From contig CAWCPV010000017.1 of the NCBI GenBank assembly GCA_963797555.1, positions 1 to 64,000 on the forward strand: a stretch of 64,000 nucleotides of DNA. Direction: 5' to 3'. Shown here in pieces: positions 44,186 through 54,651 of the stretch; position 1 is the first letter of the stretch; each line of letters opens with the position of its first letter. Below the pieces are notes generated by a model, which searched no databases, was not told the origin of the DNA, and was given only the letters and a program-made list of their open reading frames with translations. The DNA comes from an uncultured Gammaproteobacteria bacterium. GTDB taxonomy: Bacteria; Pseudomonadota; Gammaproteobacteria; CAWCPV01. The position numbers and the translations under genes were made by a program.

Positions 44186-44969
44186 CCACTTTTTGAAGAC
44201 GGACTCCTAAGGTGATAGGACATCAAGGCTCTCCGCCTCTTGCCGGATCTTCCGTTGCCGGGGACAGGATGCTTGTATCCCCGCTGTTCAATCATACCAG
44301 GTACCGGGCGCACCGATTCCCGCGGTTGATCGGCGTGGTCGCGCTACCCACCCTGGCTAATGCCGAACGCGGGTCACACTCGTACAACCGACGTTCGAAG
44401 GAAGCCAGGCGAGGTTCGATGCTTGGCATCAGGCTATGTGCGAGCAGCTCTGCACCGTTTATGCTGCACACGGATTCTCATCCTTCTGCATAGGCCAAGC
44501 CCAGAAGTGGGTGAACATAGCCTTCAATATGTGCATGTCTTTGGCGAACAGCGTCTGCCTGGCTACGGCCGCCTCTATACCTTCGGGCGTGTGCCGATTG
44601 ACAACATTGTTCTACGGGAACTTCACTCCTATGGCGCTGCGAGGCTATCGGGGGCATGGAGCCGAGTCCGCGACTACGATGAGTACATGGGTTCCAGCGT
44701 CGATACAGTCCAGCCGGACCTTCAGCTTCCCGTCGTGGTACAGGACGCGGATGGTGTCGCCCGTCGTGGATAGAGACCGCCTTGTCCGTGTACTCCATGG
44801 CCAGTGGCCGGTCGACAGTCAAGCCTATTCCTCGCCCTACTGCCGTTGCTCCCGGCCCCTGGCTAAGGAGGGGGCGGGCTAAACCACGCTTCTTGCCGCC
44901 CAGCCGCTCGCATTCAGGAAATGGTGGGCCGTTGTCACCGAGCGATTGCAGTTGGCCGGTCTCCCACCT

Positions 44970-45806
44970 TTAGAAGGGAGCCAATAGCTGCGGGTTAACT
45001 ACTAGCTTCCTGATTCCGTGGGCATGGTCTTCCTGAAAGACGTTATCCTTGCACCACTCGCTGACGCTGTTGATGTCGACCTTCGCGCACTGGGGGCGCA
45101 CGCTCCAGGTCACCTGCAGCGGGGAGCAGGTGCTTTCGGAGTATTGGGGGCCAGTGGTGGAACCCAGGTACTGGACAGGGGCTCCGGTATCACTCGGCAA
45201 CGCCTTGGCTTGAGGGTAGCCGTTGACGATGTTGCCCCTGTACGCGTAATCCATGAAGTTCAGGGCCTTCGGATCGTTGACCACGGTGAATACCTGGGCC
45301 TCGACCCGCAGGTTGGGATTGGAGCATTGCTGCGACAGGCAGGAACCGAGGCCCTTACCAGGCTTCACGTCGCAGGAACTGTACACCCAGTGCACCTCGA
45401 TGGTGTCACCGGGCCTTAGGTCCTTGCAGTGATTCTCGGCAGGCGCCTTCAATTCAGATTCGGAGAGGCTCTTGCTGATGTCGCACTGGAACCCTCCGCC
45501 GTGGCCGTGATCGCCGTCACTGACCAAGATAGAAAAGTCCTTCGCCTTGTGCTCCGCCGGGCTGTGGAAATGGATGTTGCAGAGATTCATTCTCTGGTAA
45601 CCGGGCGCCAGGGAGAACACGCTTCTGTTCTCTCCCCCGCCGCTGTCGATGTCGCGGGGCGCCTGAGGCCCGAAACCGACACAGGCCGGTCCAGCAGTGG
45701 GCGCCGCATGAGCAGCCGATGGGGCGGCGTCGCCAGCAACGCCGTTGGTTGACAAGAGACTGAGTGCCAAGATCGCACAGGCGTGACCGCACTTGACTGG
45801 TTGCAT
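44970..45806 (-). CDS. Delta-class carbonic anhydrase, secreted
   Basis: GFGPQAPRDID, CNIHFHSPAEHK, GDTIEVHWVYSSC, GSTTGP, CSPLQVTWSVRP. Confidence 0.85.
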   Translation of the reverse strand: MQPVKCGHACAILALSLLSTNGVAGDAAPSAAHAAPTAGPACVGFGPQAPRDIDSGGGENRSVFSLAPGYQRMNLCNIHFHSPAEHKAKDFSILVSDGDHGHGGGFQCDISKSLSESELKAPAENHCKDLRPGDTIEVHWVYSSCDVKPGKGLGSCLSQQCSNPNLRVEAQVFTVVNDPKALNFMDYAYRGNIVNGYPQAKALPSDTGAPVQYLGSTTGPQYSESTCSPLQVTWSVRPQCAKVDINSVSEWCKDNVFQEDHAHGIRKLVVNPQLLAPF

Positions 45807-46159
45807 CGTGCTTGTCTCCTTGTGGATTAGTCCCTATCGAGGACCGGGTGCGGGCGTCTGGAGGTTATTAGGAACGCCGCCGCAGCGCGTGCCGTGTCCG
45901 GCATCGAGGAGAAGGAGCAGCTACAAGCCTTGCTCCTGTGCCAACGTCGGGGACGCCCAACTCGCGTCAGCCTGCTGGAAGAAACGATGTGACGACGGCC
46001 TTCATCGCCTCTCTCCCAGCGGAACGGATTGGAAATTCAGCCGTATGTGGCGGGAAAAGCGTAGTCCTGGGGGCGCGGGACTGTCAAGGCTCGGGCGAGG
46101 GGGACAGCTCGGGAGCGCGGGTTGAGGCGCTCGGTGGTGTCCGGGTCCGGACCCGCGGG

Positions 46160-46250
46160 TACACTCGACCCAGAGCTGGGAGTTCCGGGCCGTGGGCAGG
46201 GCGTAGTAGGAGCTGTCCACCTCGACAATGGGGAACTGGCTCGCTCCTAG
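46160..46250 (-). pseudogene. DUF72 fragment
   Basis: ASQFPIVEVDSSYYALPTARNSQLWVE. Confidence 0.6.
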
Positions 46251-47028
46251 CAAGCCCTTCTCTTGGCCCTTGGCGACGATGCGACGGCGGTGGTTGACGT
46301 GCCGTCTAATCCCCATGCAGCGTGAACTTCCGGCGCACCGACTTTGTCGCCACCTGAAGCCCGCGCACGGTCACCTCAAGCTGGTACTCGCCGGCCTGAT
46401 GGACTTCGTGAAGTGGGACGTCAATATCGCACTGTGTGTGTTCGTGGTCGACGGCAAGCTGGAAGGTCTGCTCTTCGTGATCCGGCGTGGCACCGCTCGG
46501 GAATCGACAGAGCGCGTGCACCTCCAGCATCGCGGTCAGCTCATGCGGGAGGTTGAGCCGCAGGTGCCAGAAGAACTGCCGCGACAGTACCGCGTTCGGG
46601 CCGGCCATGCCCGGCGGGGGCGGCTCACCTGGAGGCGGTGGAAGTGGTTTGGGAATCGATGCATCGGATCGCAACCCAAGGCATCTCCCCTCCAGTCGCG
46701 CCCATTCTCTCCCTGAACGAGCAAGTTCTCCCCACACTGCACTGGGAGCTGGAATTGCCATTCACGCTTGCCGAGCAGCGGCGTATTCGGCCAGTTCCAA
46801 GAGTCGTACGCCCCGACCTCCAGTTGAGTACCCACCTCGCAGTGCACGTCGAATGTCCGGCACATCCACTCGCTCAAGTCTGGGACAAAGACCGGGGCAA
46901 GAACCGTTGCCAGGACCGCCGCGGCTCCCACCAGGATGGCGACAGCGATGGTGTGTTGGGTGTCTTCGCTGGGGGGCATATGGACCATTGCATCTCGTTG
47001 GGATAGAGCCGCCGTCGCGCGCACTGCC

Positions 47029-47244
47029 TCAGCCCTTCTGCGTTCGACCTCCAAGCAGGATATCCAGCTCCCTCTCCGTCACCCCGGCTTCTTTGGCCAG
47101 TTCGGTCCACTGGCACACGGCTTCGTGCCGCTCCCTGACTTCATGGACCTTGCGGTTGGCGATCTCCGCTGCCGCTCGACGGCGCAGGTCCAGGAGTTCG
47201 TCCTCCGGAAGGGTACGGAGGTACTTCGCGAAGCTACGTGGCAT
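47029..47244 (-). CDS. Small protein resembling the H-NS N-terminal oligomerisation domain
   Basis: L..L..DELL.L....AAEI..RK..E then LAKEAG.T..EL pattern; no DNA-binding domain. Confidence 0.45.
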   Translation of the reverse strand: MPRSFAKYLRTLPEDELLDLRRRAAAEIANRKVHEVRERHEAVCQWTELAKEAGVTERELDILLGGRTQKG

Positions 47245-47701
47245 CGATATCTAGACTCCTTATCTTCTTGAGGGTGAAGGGACCGAATCCTTGGGGCGAG
47301 ACGCGCTATGGCGACGGGGAGTGGCCGCACCGGATCTTCCGCACCGAGGCGAGGTTCACCCAGAGGACAGGGAAATTTGCGGGCAATCCAGCCCTTGGAG
47401 CGGGGATCTTAGCCTAAACGGGTGTAGGGTGTACCTTGGTGTAGGCTCTCGGGTTATGTTGAGAAATAAAAAAGATCCCTATAGGGAGAACAAAATGGTG
47501 TGTACTACACCTGGGTACACCGCTGCAGATCGCCCTCTATGCCGAGGCGCATGTCGATCTGTGTCGTTCCTGCCCGCCGTCCTCCGACGCACGGAGCGAA
47601 CTGGAATGGCTCGGTCAATGCTAGCGGAACCGGTCTCCTAAGGGCTTCCGCACTCCATCGTCGGGAGCTACCAGAGCCCACACCTGCCCTCCTGTGTCGT
47701 T

Positions 47702-47753
47702 CAGCGAATTTGTAATTAGCATGTCGCAGGTTCGAATCCTGTCGCCAGCTCCA
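47702..47753 (+). other. 3' fragment of tRNA-Thr(TGT), probable att core
   Basis: TTGTAA anticodon loop, GCAGGTTCGAATCCTGT T-arm, CGCCAGCTCCA end; no 5' half upstream. Confidence 0.8.
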
Positions 47754-47964
47754 CTCTCCCAGGGGATTTGCTAAGTCGCTATCAGCAAGGAAGGAGTCGG
47801 GACTACACCGGGTACACAAACGCGGGAGGTTTCACCCCCGCTCGGTACCCCCTCGATCACTACCCAGTCACCCCCTCCTGACGGTATCTCGTCATCCGAC
47901 GACACAGACAACCTTGCGGCACATGGGTTTGCTGCGTCAATTCGATTGATCTAGCCTCAATCAA

Positions 47965-48257
47965 CTCCCTTATAGCCATCCTCTCCCCGCGCGAATCTCT
48001 CTGTCTCCATCCTAGTCCGCTCCCCCAGGTTTTACCATCCTCACCACGTACAATCGTCTACGGAACGAGATCTCTCACCTGGCTATAGGATGGTACTACC
48101 CCTCCGCTCTCATCCACCCCAGCACGTTCCATCCTCACCCCCTCTGTCATTCTCCGCTCAAGCTCCATCCTCTCCGTCAACCCCTCCGCCATCCACCCCT
48201 CTTCACTCCGGGCCGATCTTCCGGCCATGTCCCCCTCCGGGCCATGTCCCCCTCCGG
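47965..48257. repeat. Pyrimidine-skewed tract with repeated CCATCC and a tandem 17-mer
   Basis: CCATCC at 47976, 48007, 48035, 48129, 48165, 48189; GGCCATGTCCCCCTCCG twice near 48223-48256. Confidence 0.7.
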
Positions 48258-48593
48258 GTCTGCCTAGCATGTGCCCTGTCGCTACCGAATAGCATTTTAT
48301 CCGTCGTGCGGCAGCATGATGGATAAAATGTGTTGAACTGAACCGCTGGATTCAGGCGGCCGGCCTATGGGGATGGTATGGGGGCAGTCCCGGGTTGGGG
48401 CCGCTTGGGGTGTGGCTGGTCGGGTGGTTATGTGGTGCATGGACCGCTCTCGCGGTCTCGGTCGGGTGTGATGTCCCCCGCCAGGCACTATGGCAAAGGT
48501 GCCGTGTACGGGTCAAGGGCTGGGGAAGACCAAAGGGGACTGTGGCCGGCTTGCAGGGAAGCGGTCGAGGGAGGCTTGGGCGGGTGAGGGTCG

Positions 48594-49811
48594 TCATGAG
48601 AGCCGTGGGGGTCCGGTCGCTTTCGGGGTGGGGGGTGTAGCCCTGAGCGGTGCCCCGAGGACTACCCGCGTGAGCCGCCCTTCTGCGCAGTAGGGGCAGC
48701 GCTGGATATCGATGCCGGTGAGGCGCAGCATGGTTTCCTGCGCCGACTCCGGTTCCCGCGGTTGCGGCGCTGGCTGGCCGAGAGCCGCCCGGCACCCGTC
48801 CAGGCGCTCGGCGCGGCATCGGTTCGCCAGCAGTCCGTAATGGCGGATACGCATGAAGCCGGGGGGGAGTACGTGGAGCAGGAAGCGGCGGATGAACTCC
48901 TCGGCCCCAAGACGCATCACCTTCACCCGATTGCCCCGGGCGTAGTCGCGGTAGCGGAAACGCACCGTGTCGTCTTCGAGATCGAGGAGCCGCTCGTGGC
49001 TGATCGCGATGCGGTGGGTATAGCGCCCGAGGTAGGCCAGCACCTGCTCGGGACCGGCGAACGGAGGCTTGGAGTAGACCACCCAGTCCTGGGAGCGCAG
49101 CTCGGTAAGAAAACGGGCAAAGCCCGGGGGCTCGACGAGCCCCGCCAGCTCGCCGGTGAAGCGCAGCTCGCCTCGCCCGTGGGCCGCCTGCAACGCTTCC
49201 AGGTACTTGCCCCGGAACACCCGGGAGAGCGCCCGGACCGGAAACAGGAAGCCTCGCTTGGCGGGAATCCAGCGGGCGTCGACGGAGAGCGCCCCGCCGG
49301 TCACGACACAATGCACGTGGAGGTGTTGGCCGAGGTTCTGGCCCCAGGTGTGCAGCACCAGGGTCGCTCCGAGATCCCCGCCGAGCCACCGGGGATTTCT
49401 GCCGAAGCTGAGCAGCGTCTCGGAGGCGGCCTGAAACAGCAGCCCGTAAACCACCCGTGGGTTGCCCTGTGCCAGCGGGTTGAGGGTATGCGGCAAGGTG
49501 AACACCACGTGGAAGTACTCCACCGGCAAGAGTTCCGCACAGCGCGCCTGCAGCCAGTGCTCCTTGGCCAGCGTCTGGCCCTTGGGGCAGTGGCGGTTAC
49601 GGCAGGAGTGGTAACGCAGCTCGATGCGCCCGCAGCGGTCGCACTGCACCGCTTGAGCGCCCAGGAGCGGCGTGCGGCAGGCCACGATGGCCCGCATCAC
49701 CCGGTGCTGCTGAGCGCACAGCCGATGGGTCGCCCGGAAGCGCTCCCCGTGGGCGCGGAAGATATCCGCCACCTCCAGCCGCCGCCCCGCCGGCGCGGGA
49801 CGGGTGCACAC
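48594..49811 (-). CDS. IS91-family HUH (Y2) transposase
   Basis: SCRNRHCPK, YFHVVFTLP, HTWG..HLHVH, YLGRY, IRHYG. Confidence 0.93.
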   Translation of the reverse strand: MCTRPAPAGRRLEVADIFRAHGERFRATHRLCAQQHRVMRAIVACRTPLLGAQAVQCDRCGRIELRYHSCRNRHCPKGQTLAKEHWLQARCAELLPVEYFHVVFTLPHTLNPLAQGNPRVVYGLLFQAASETLLSFGRNPRWLGGDLGATLVLHTWGQNLGQHLHVHCVVTGGALSVDARWIPAKRGFLFPVRALSRVFRGKYLEALQAAHGRGELRFTGELAGLVEPPGFARFLTELRSQDWVVYSKPPFAGPEQVLAYLGRYTHRIAISHERLLDLEDDTVRFRYRDYARGNRVKVMRLGAEEFIRRFLLHVLPPGFMRIRHYGLLANRCRAERLDGCRAALGQPAPQPREPESAQETMLRLTGIDIQRCPYCAEGRLTRVVLGAPLRATPPTPKATGPPRLS

Positions 49812-49814
49812 TGC

Positions 49815-50224
49815 CTAGAACTGCGTGGGGCTCTCGGGGATCTCCAGCAGATCGAGCGGCGAGGCGGTGCCGGTGAGATGCGGCCTTGCCAGGTGAAAGT
49901 AGCGCAGGGTAGTGCTGAGGTGCCCGTGGCCCAACAGGCGCTGGATAGTGTGCAGATCCACTCCCGCCTCCAGCAAGTGGGTGGCGAAGGCATGCCTCAG
50001 CCCGTGGATGCCGCAGCGACGATGTTGCAGGTGCTGCTGGAAAGTCCCCGCTCCGGAAGCCCGTGCAGCAGGTAGCTCTGTACCTCGGGCTCGGAGATCT
50101 CATCGGGGCGGCGTCGGTAGAACCTGGCCAGACCCCGGACCGCATTGAGATAAGCCTCGCGGGTGCGCACCGCCATCCCCCGCAGCACCACGTCGTTGTC
50201 CATCTTCGTGCGTAGCTCGCTCAT
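49815..50224 (-). pseudogene. Tyrosine recombinase with its central part deleted
   Basis: N-terminal SAM-like domain joined directly to [15 protein letters not shown]...LLGH...TT.RY. Confidence 0.88.
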
Positions 50225-50536
50225 GACCGCCTCCTTTCAAGCAGTGAGTGGGAAAGACCCACGCAAAGCTTGGCAGAGCGCTCATGAGACCTCGCAAAAC
50301 GTCAGGCGAAGATGGCGATCCGGCCAATGGCCGGCCGCATTACAGCGCCAAAATAGCGGAGCAGTTCAGCCAGAAACAATGCGAAAACGTCAGGGAAACG
50401 AAACCACCGCGTAAGCGGTTTAGTTCAACTTAAAGATTAGACCGCCGTAGTGGTAGCATTGAAGTAGACTCTTGCGGTCAGACGGCTGATATTACGCAAG
50501 AGCCAAGGCCGCTCCAGCGCGGCGAAAGAGAAACGG

Positions 50537-51563
50537 ATGCAACCTCAGCTCGACTTGCGTACGGGACGGCGGATGCTTCTGGCTGACTGGTTTGGTCGCC
50601 TCGGGCGAGACGCTGGCCTATCTCTGAGTCAGTACGGGTCCAGTGGCGACGCTTTCACTGTTGGATCGCCGAACGAGTTCAATGTTACGGCCAAATTCTG
50701 CGACCAGCCTCCATACCTTACGTTCGTCGCTAGCGATCCCGCTCGCCAAGAACTCGTAGACAGTCTCGCCCAACAAGCGTTTGCTCGCGTCGAGGACCGG
50801 AAACTTTGGCGAAACTGTGTGGCACTCCGCATGTATGCCTGCGGTCGGGTTTCAAGTTACCTTACCGTTTTCTATGGGGTCTTTCGTCCAGCAGCTAGGT
50901 AGTCAAACTCGTATCGCGGGCTGGCGCCGCTTGGGTCGTGATGTGCTTCTGGAGTTCACTGAGGAACTTCCTCCTGATTGGAACGAGAAACGCGCCCTTC
51001 GCCCCGAAAGCAGTAGTTCACGCGCACATCGCTTGGTGATGCCCGCCTTGCGCTTGGCTGCATAGTAAATCTTCTGGGCCGAACGCGGATCGATGGGATG
51101 CACCCCATCTCGCAGGGGAAAGAGCCAGTGCTTGGGCCGATAAGCCATCCAGTAGCGGCGAACAGCCGCTTGATCTCCTCGCGGCTCAGGATCTCGGGAA
51201 GCCTGGAGGGCTGTCGGGGGCTCGGCAGACAGAACGCCGTGCCCGCCCCATGCCATGGGCACTTCTCTGCTTACGTAGCGCATGCCGCGTTGGATGTCGT
51301 GGCTGCTATCTGCACGTTTGCGCTTGGTCGTGGTTGCGCTTCCTCCCTCTGCCTTCCCAAGCGGACCCGAAAAACTCGCTGAGCTTGTCGCGAAGCACAC
51401 AGATACGAACGTGCTAACCCTTGCGCGCAAGCATGTGTCTCTAGACATCTTCAGCCAGGTCGGGACCCCAGGAGGTTTCGACCACTTTGCGCGCGTGCGC
51501 GCAGCATTCCTGACATTCGACGCAGCGGTACAGCAACAACGTGATGCTGTGGCCTGTATCCTA
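50537..51563 (+). pseudogene. Hypothetical gene interrupted by an integrase fragment (~51030-51235) and cut by an IS1634 fragment
   Basis: Frame VVHAHI resumes as AVPAPCHG after the insert. Confidence 0.5.
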
Positions 51564-51787
51564 AAGGTGGTTCTAGTGGGCAATCGGGGCATGATCAAGG
51601 CCCAAGGCAAGGAGCGCCTGAATCAAGCGCATCTGAAGTACATTACGGCGCTCACCGACCCGCAGATCCGAAAACTCATTAAACAGGACGTTCCTTCAGC
51701 CCGATCTCTTCGATGAGCATGTGGTGGAGGTCCATCACCAGGGAAAGCGCTTGGTACTTCGCCGTGATCCGGCCACCCAACGCAAGG
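51564..51787 (+). mobile_element. Internal IS1634 fragment, inverted copy of ~40620-40842
   Basis: VVLVGNRGMIKAQGKERLNQAHLKY, near-identical DNA. Confidence 0.85.
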
Positions 51788-51792
51788 CCCTC

Positions 51793-52172
51793 TGTGCCAA
51801 TAATGACTGAGACACGGGTTTCCTGGAATGTAAGTATGATTCGAGGGCGGACTGGAGGATGTCATGCCCAAGCCTGTTTCAGTTGGAAGTGGTACTGAGG
51901 TGGTAGCCAACCCTGAGCATGATCGGGGGCTGCATCGGCGCTTCTCGGCCGAGGACAGGCAACGTCTTTTGGCCGAGGCCGAGGCTTGCACTGAGCGTGG
52001 AGCACTGGCGGCGCTGCTGCGTCGAGAGCGGCTGTACAGCTCCCAATTGGCGGCCTGGCGTGTGCAGCTCGAGCGTGAAGGCGAGGCCGGGCTCGCACCC
52101 AGGAAGCCGGGTCGCAAGGCGCTCAAGGATGCCAAGGACCGGCGCATCGAGGCGCTGGAGCGCGACAAGGCG
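51793..52172 (+). mobile_element. IS3-family left end and orfA remnant
   Basis: TG end; RRFSAEDRQRLL...LLRRERLYSSQLAAWR. Confidence 0.75.
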
Positions 52173-52301
52173 AGGTGGCACCAATGGCAACTTACTTTCC
52201 AACCGCCCGTGTCTCAAAGTTATCGACACGTTCCGGTGGGGCACACGCTTCCTGGCCCTTGCTCCCAATGTGCTGCGCATTTTTATCATATCTTTGCGCC
52301 A

Positions 52302-53025
52302 CTATTCGTTTCCATTGTTCAGATCGACAACCCAGCCTTCGCTCGTTTGATAGAGTTTTGCTGTCCGGATAGTCGGCATCTGCGGGTCCATGTTCAGGTA
52401 GGGGTGACCCCATGATACTACATCATAGAGTTCAACATAGTAATCTACCCGAGTAACGAGACCCATCGCCGTCCCGCCCAGAATAGCCCCCGTAACTGGC
52501 GTTGTCCAGCGAACAACTCCAGTCACACGAAGCTTGGCGATCACTATAGTAGTCTCGTCTCGCACCGACAGATCCAATAGCCCCGGCCTTCTGCAATTGC
52601 ACATTATCTATCACAGCCCACCAAGCCGGTGCGATTCTTCTAAAGTACTCATCGTCCGTATTCCACCACCTAGCGATCACAAAACTTCGATCTGTCAAGG
52701 CGTCGACGATGCCACTCCGTGATCGATCATTCGGATTATATGCAATCACGGAGTACGTTCCATTATTCAACTTTTCCATGACTGCTCTACCGGACTGGGG
52801 AAGATGTAATCCGACCCAAGTACCTATTGGAGCCGGCCCGTTAACATCCACTCTCTCAAATGAAACCCCGACCCCCTTACCGTTCGCATATTTTTCTATG
52901 GCCGCCTTGAAGTTGGCAGCCGTGGCTTCCCGCGGGTCGTTGAACACCGCATTACAAGAGGATATAGCCATAGCCGATACAATAGCTGCAACGAAAGTCA
53001 AAAAAACCGGTGTGCTGGGGTTCAT
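52302..53025 (-). CDS. Hypothetical lipoprotein, probably frameshifted
   Basis: ISSC lipobox, low GC, two overlapping ORFs. Confidence 0.5.
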
Positions 53026-53320
53026 GGTGCAATTCCTCTATTGTCAATCGTCACAAGTTGCCACTGCGGTTCTTCGCCATCCCCGCACGCAAGAACCTCC
53101 TCCACGGGGAAGCCGTAGGAGGCCGCGAGGTCCTTCATCCCCCCGAAGTGCTAGTCTTCCGATCCTCGACCCGCCGCCGGTTGAGCTCCTGCTCGATGTT
53201 TCCGGGCGAGCTGCCGCAGCTCCTGGGTGGAGAACCCCGCGCCAGGTTGACCTCCGCCGCCGTCGAGAGCTGAGCCACGTCCGCAGCTCCAGCCGCCTTC
53301 TTCGCTGTTGTTGCCTTCAT
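53022..53320 (-). pseudogene. H-NS N-terminal-like ORF with frameshifts
   Basis: Joined frames read NLAGFSTQELRQLARNIEQELNRRRVEDRK..MKDLAASYGFPVEEVL. Confidence 0.55.
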
Positions 53321-53544
53321 CGCCCCTCGTTACCTTGGAATGAGCAGTCCCTTGGGCAAGCCGTCGAATACGGTGGTCATTTCGTACTCCTGTTGCTGTG
53401 TCGTGCCCTACAAGGGCGAAGTGCGATACACTGTGGGACAATGGGGAAGTGTATAGAAAGACAGAGGGACCCGCTAGCAATCGGCCGGATGCGGGCTCCT
53501 CCAGGCTCGTGGAGCGGGCCTTATTCCTAAGAAGGAGAGTTGCC

Positions 53545-54285
53545 ATGGCAGACGATGATAAGAGCGTGCCGACAACGACAGTAATAATCAAGCGGGATTC
53601 CGGGAACGCGCTTGGTATAGCATCATTTGTATTTGGCGTTATCGGTATTTTTGTTCTGTCTCCGGTATTTGTCCCCCTTGCGGTACTTCTCGGGATCATT
53701 GCAGTAATCAAAAAGCAGCTTGTCTGGGGGATACTAGGGTTAGTTTGTGCAGTTATCGGATTCGTAACATCGCCCATCCTTATGGGAATGATTGCTGGAT
53801 TAACAATTTTATCAAATGTACCTCAAATTCAGACCACACAAGGAAGCAACGAGGTCATTCGAAGAGAATTACCTATAGAAAACCAACGTCCTCAGTTGGA
53901 GGCACAACCGGCGCGACAAGCTGCGACGTACAAACCACCCGATGCCGCCATGTCATACGCAACCACGCCAAGCAAACGAGAGTTGCTACATCCGGACTTC
54001 GACTGCGCTAGGGCAAGAACTTACGCTGAGGTCGCGATCTGCACCAACAGCCTGTTAGCGGACGCCGATGGGCGGCTTGGTAGGATCTACCGGGCGTTGA
54101 GGCACTCGCTGTCAGAAAGCGACTCCCAGGCGCTTAAGAAGCAGCAACTAAGGTGGCTACGGCAACGGGATATTGCGCTCAAGAATGAATGTTCCGCTGG
54201 TGGTACGTTAGATATTGACTGCGCACTGCGCCTATGGCAGGACCGCATTACGGCTCTTGAATCTATGAGGTCTCAAGTACCGTGA
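53545..54285 (+). CDS. Membrane protein with C-terminal LprI/DUF1311-like domain
   Basis: N-terminal TM helices; PDFDCARA..AEVAIC, QLRWLRQRD. Confidence 0.75.
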   Translation: MADDDKSVPTTTVIIKRDSGNALGIASFVFGVIGIFVLSPVFVPLAVLLGIIAVIKKQLVWGILGLVCAVIGFVTSPILMGMIAGLTILSNVPQIQTTQGSNEVIRRELPIENQRPQLEAQPARQAATYKPPDAAMSYATTPSKRELLHPDFDCARARTYAEVAICTNSLLADADGRLGRIYRALRHSLSESDSQALKKQQLRWLRQRDIALKNECSAGGTLDIDCALRLWQDRITALESMRSQVP

Positions 54286-54313
54286 CCGTGGACCCTAGTG
54301 GCAACACTCAGAT

Positions 54314-54600
54314 TCAGTGGGGCTCGACGGCGCTGCGCCCGCCCGGCAGATGCCGATAGAGAGTGGAAGGCGCTACTCCAAGCCGCTTGGCCACCTGCTC
54401 GACGGTGATCGCAGGATCGCGCAGCAAGGCCTTGGCCGCCGCCAGGTCCTCCCGCGAGAGCGCTGGCGGGCGGCCGCCCAACCGGCCCCGGGCGTGCAGG
54501 CCGCCACGCGGCGGCCCCCGCCCACCCGAGAGCAGCCCAGTGGAGGCGCAGCGCGGTCGATCTTCGGTACGGCCACCTTGACTCGGCCATGGCCCGTCAG
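54314..54600 (-). pseudogene. Serine resolvase C-terminal HTH remnant
   Basis: ARGRLGGRPPAL...VEQVAKRLGVAPSTLYRHLPGG. Confidence 0.7.
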
Positions 54601-54651
54601 TCCGGCGTGGGCATAGCCGACGCTGCCAACTGGCTCTTACGTCACGGGTCG

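Larger units (their letters stand above)
48293..50429 (-). mobile_element. IS91-family element with upstream tyrosine recombinase
   Basis: GTTGAACTRAACCGC in inverted orientation near both ends; 17-bp hairpin at 48293-48330. Confidence 0.85.

Noticed and set aside
47680-47753. Functional tRNA-Thr
   Set aside because: No 5' acceptor strand or D-arm, and the anticodon stem is mismatched.
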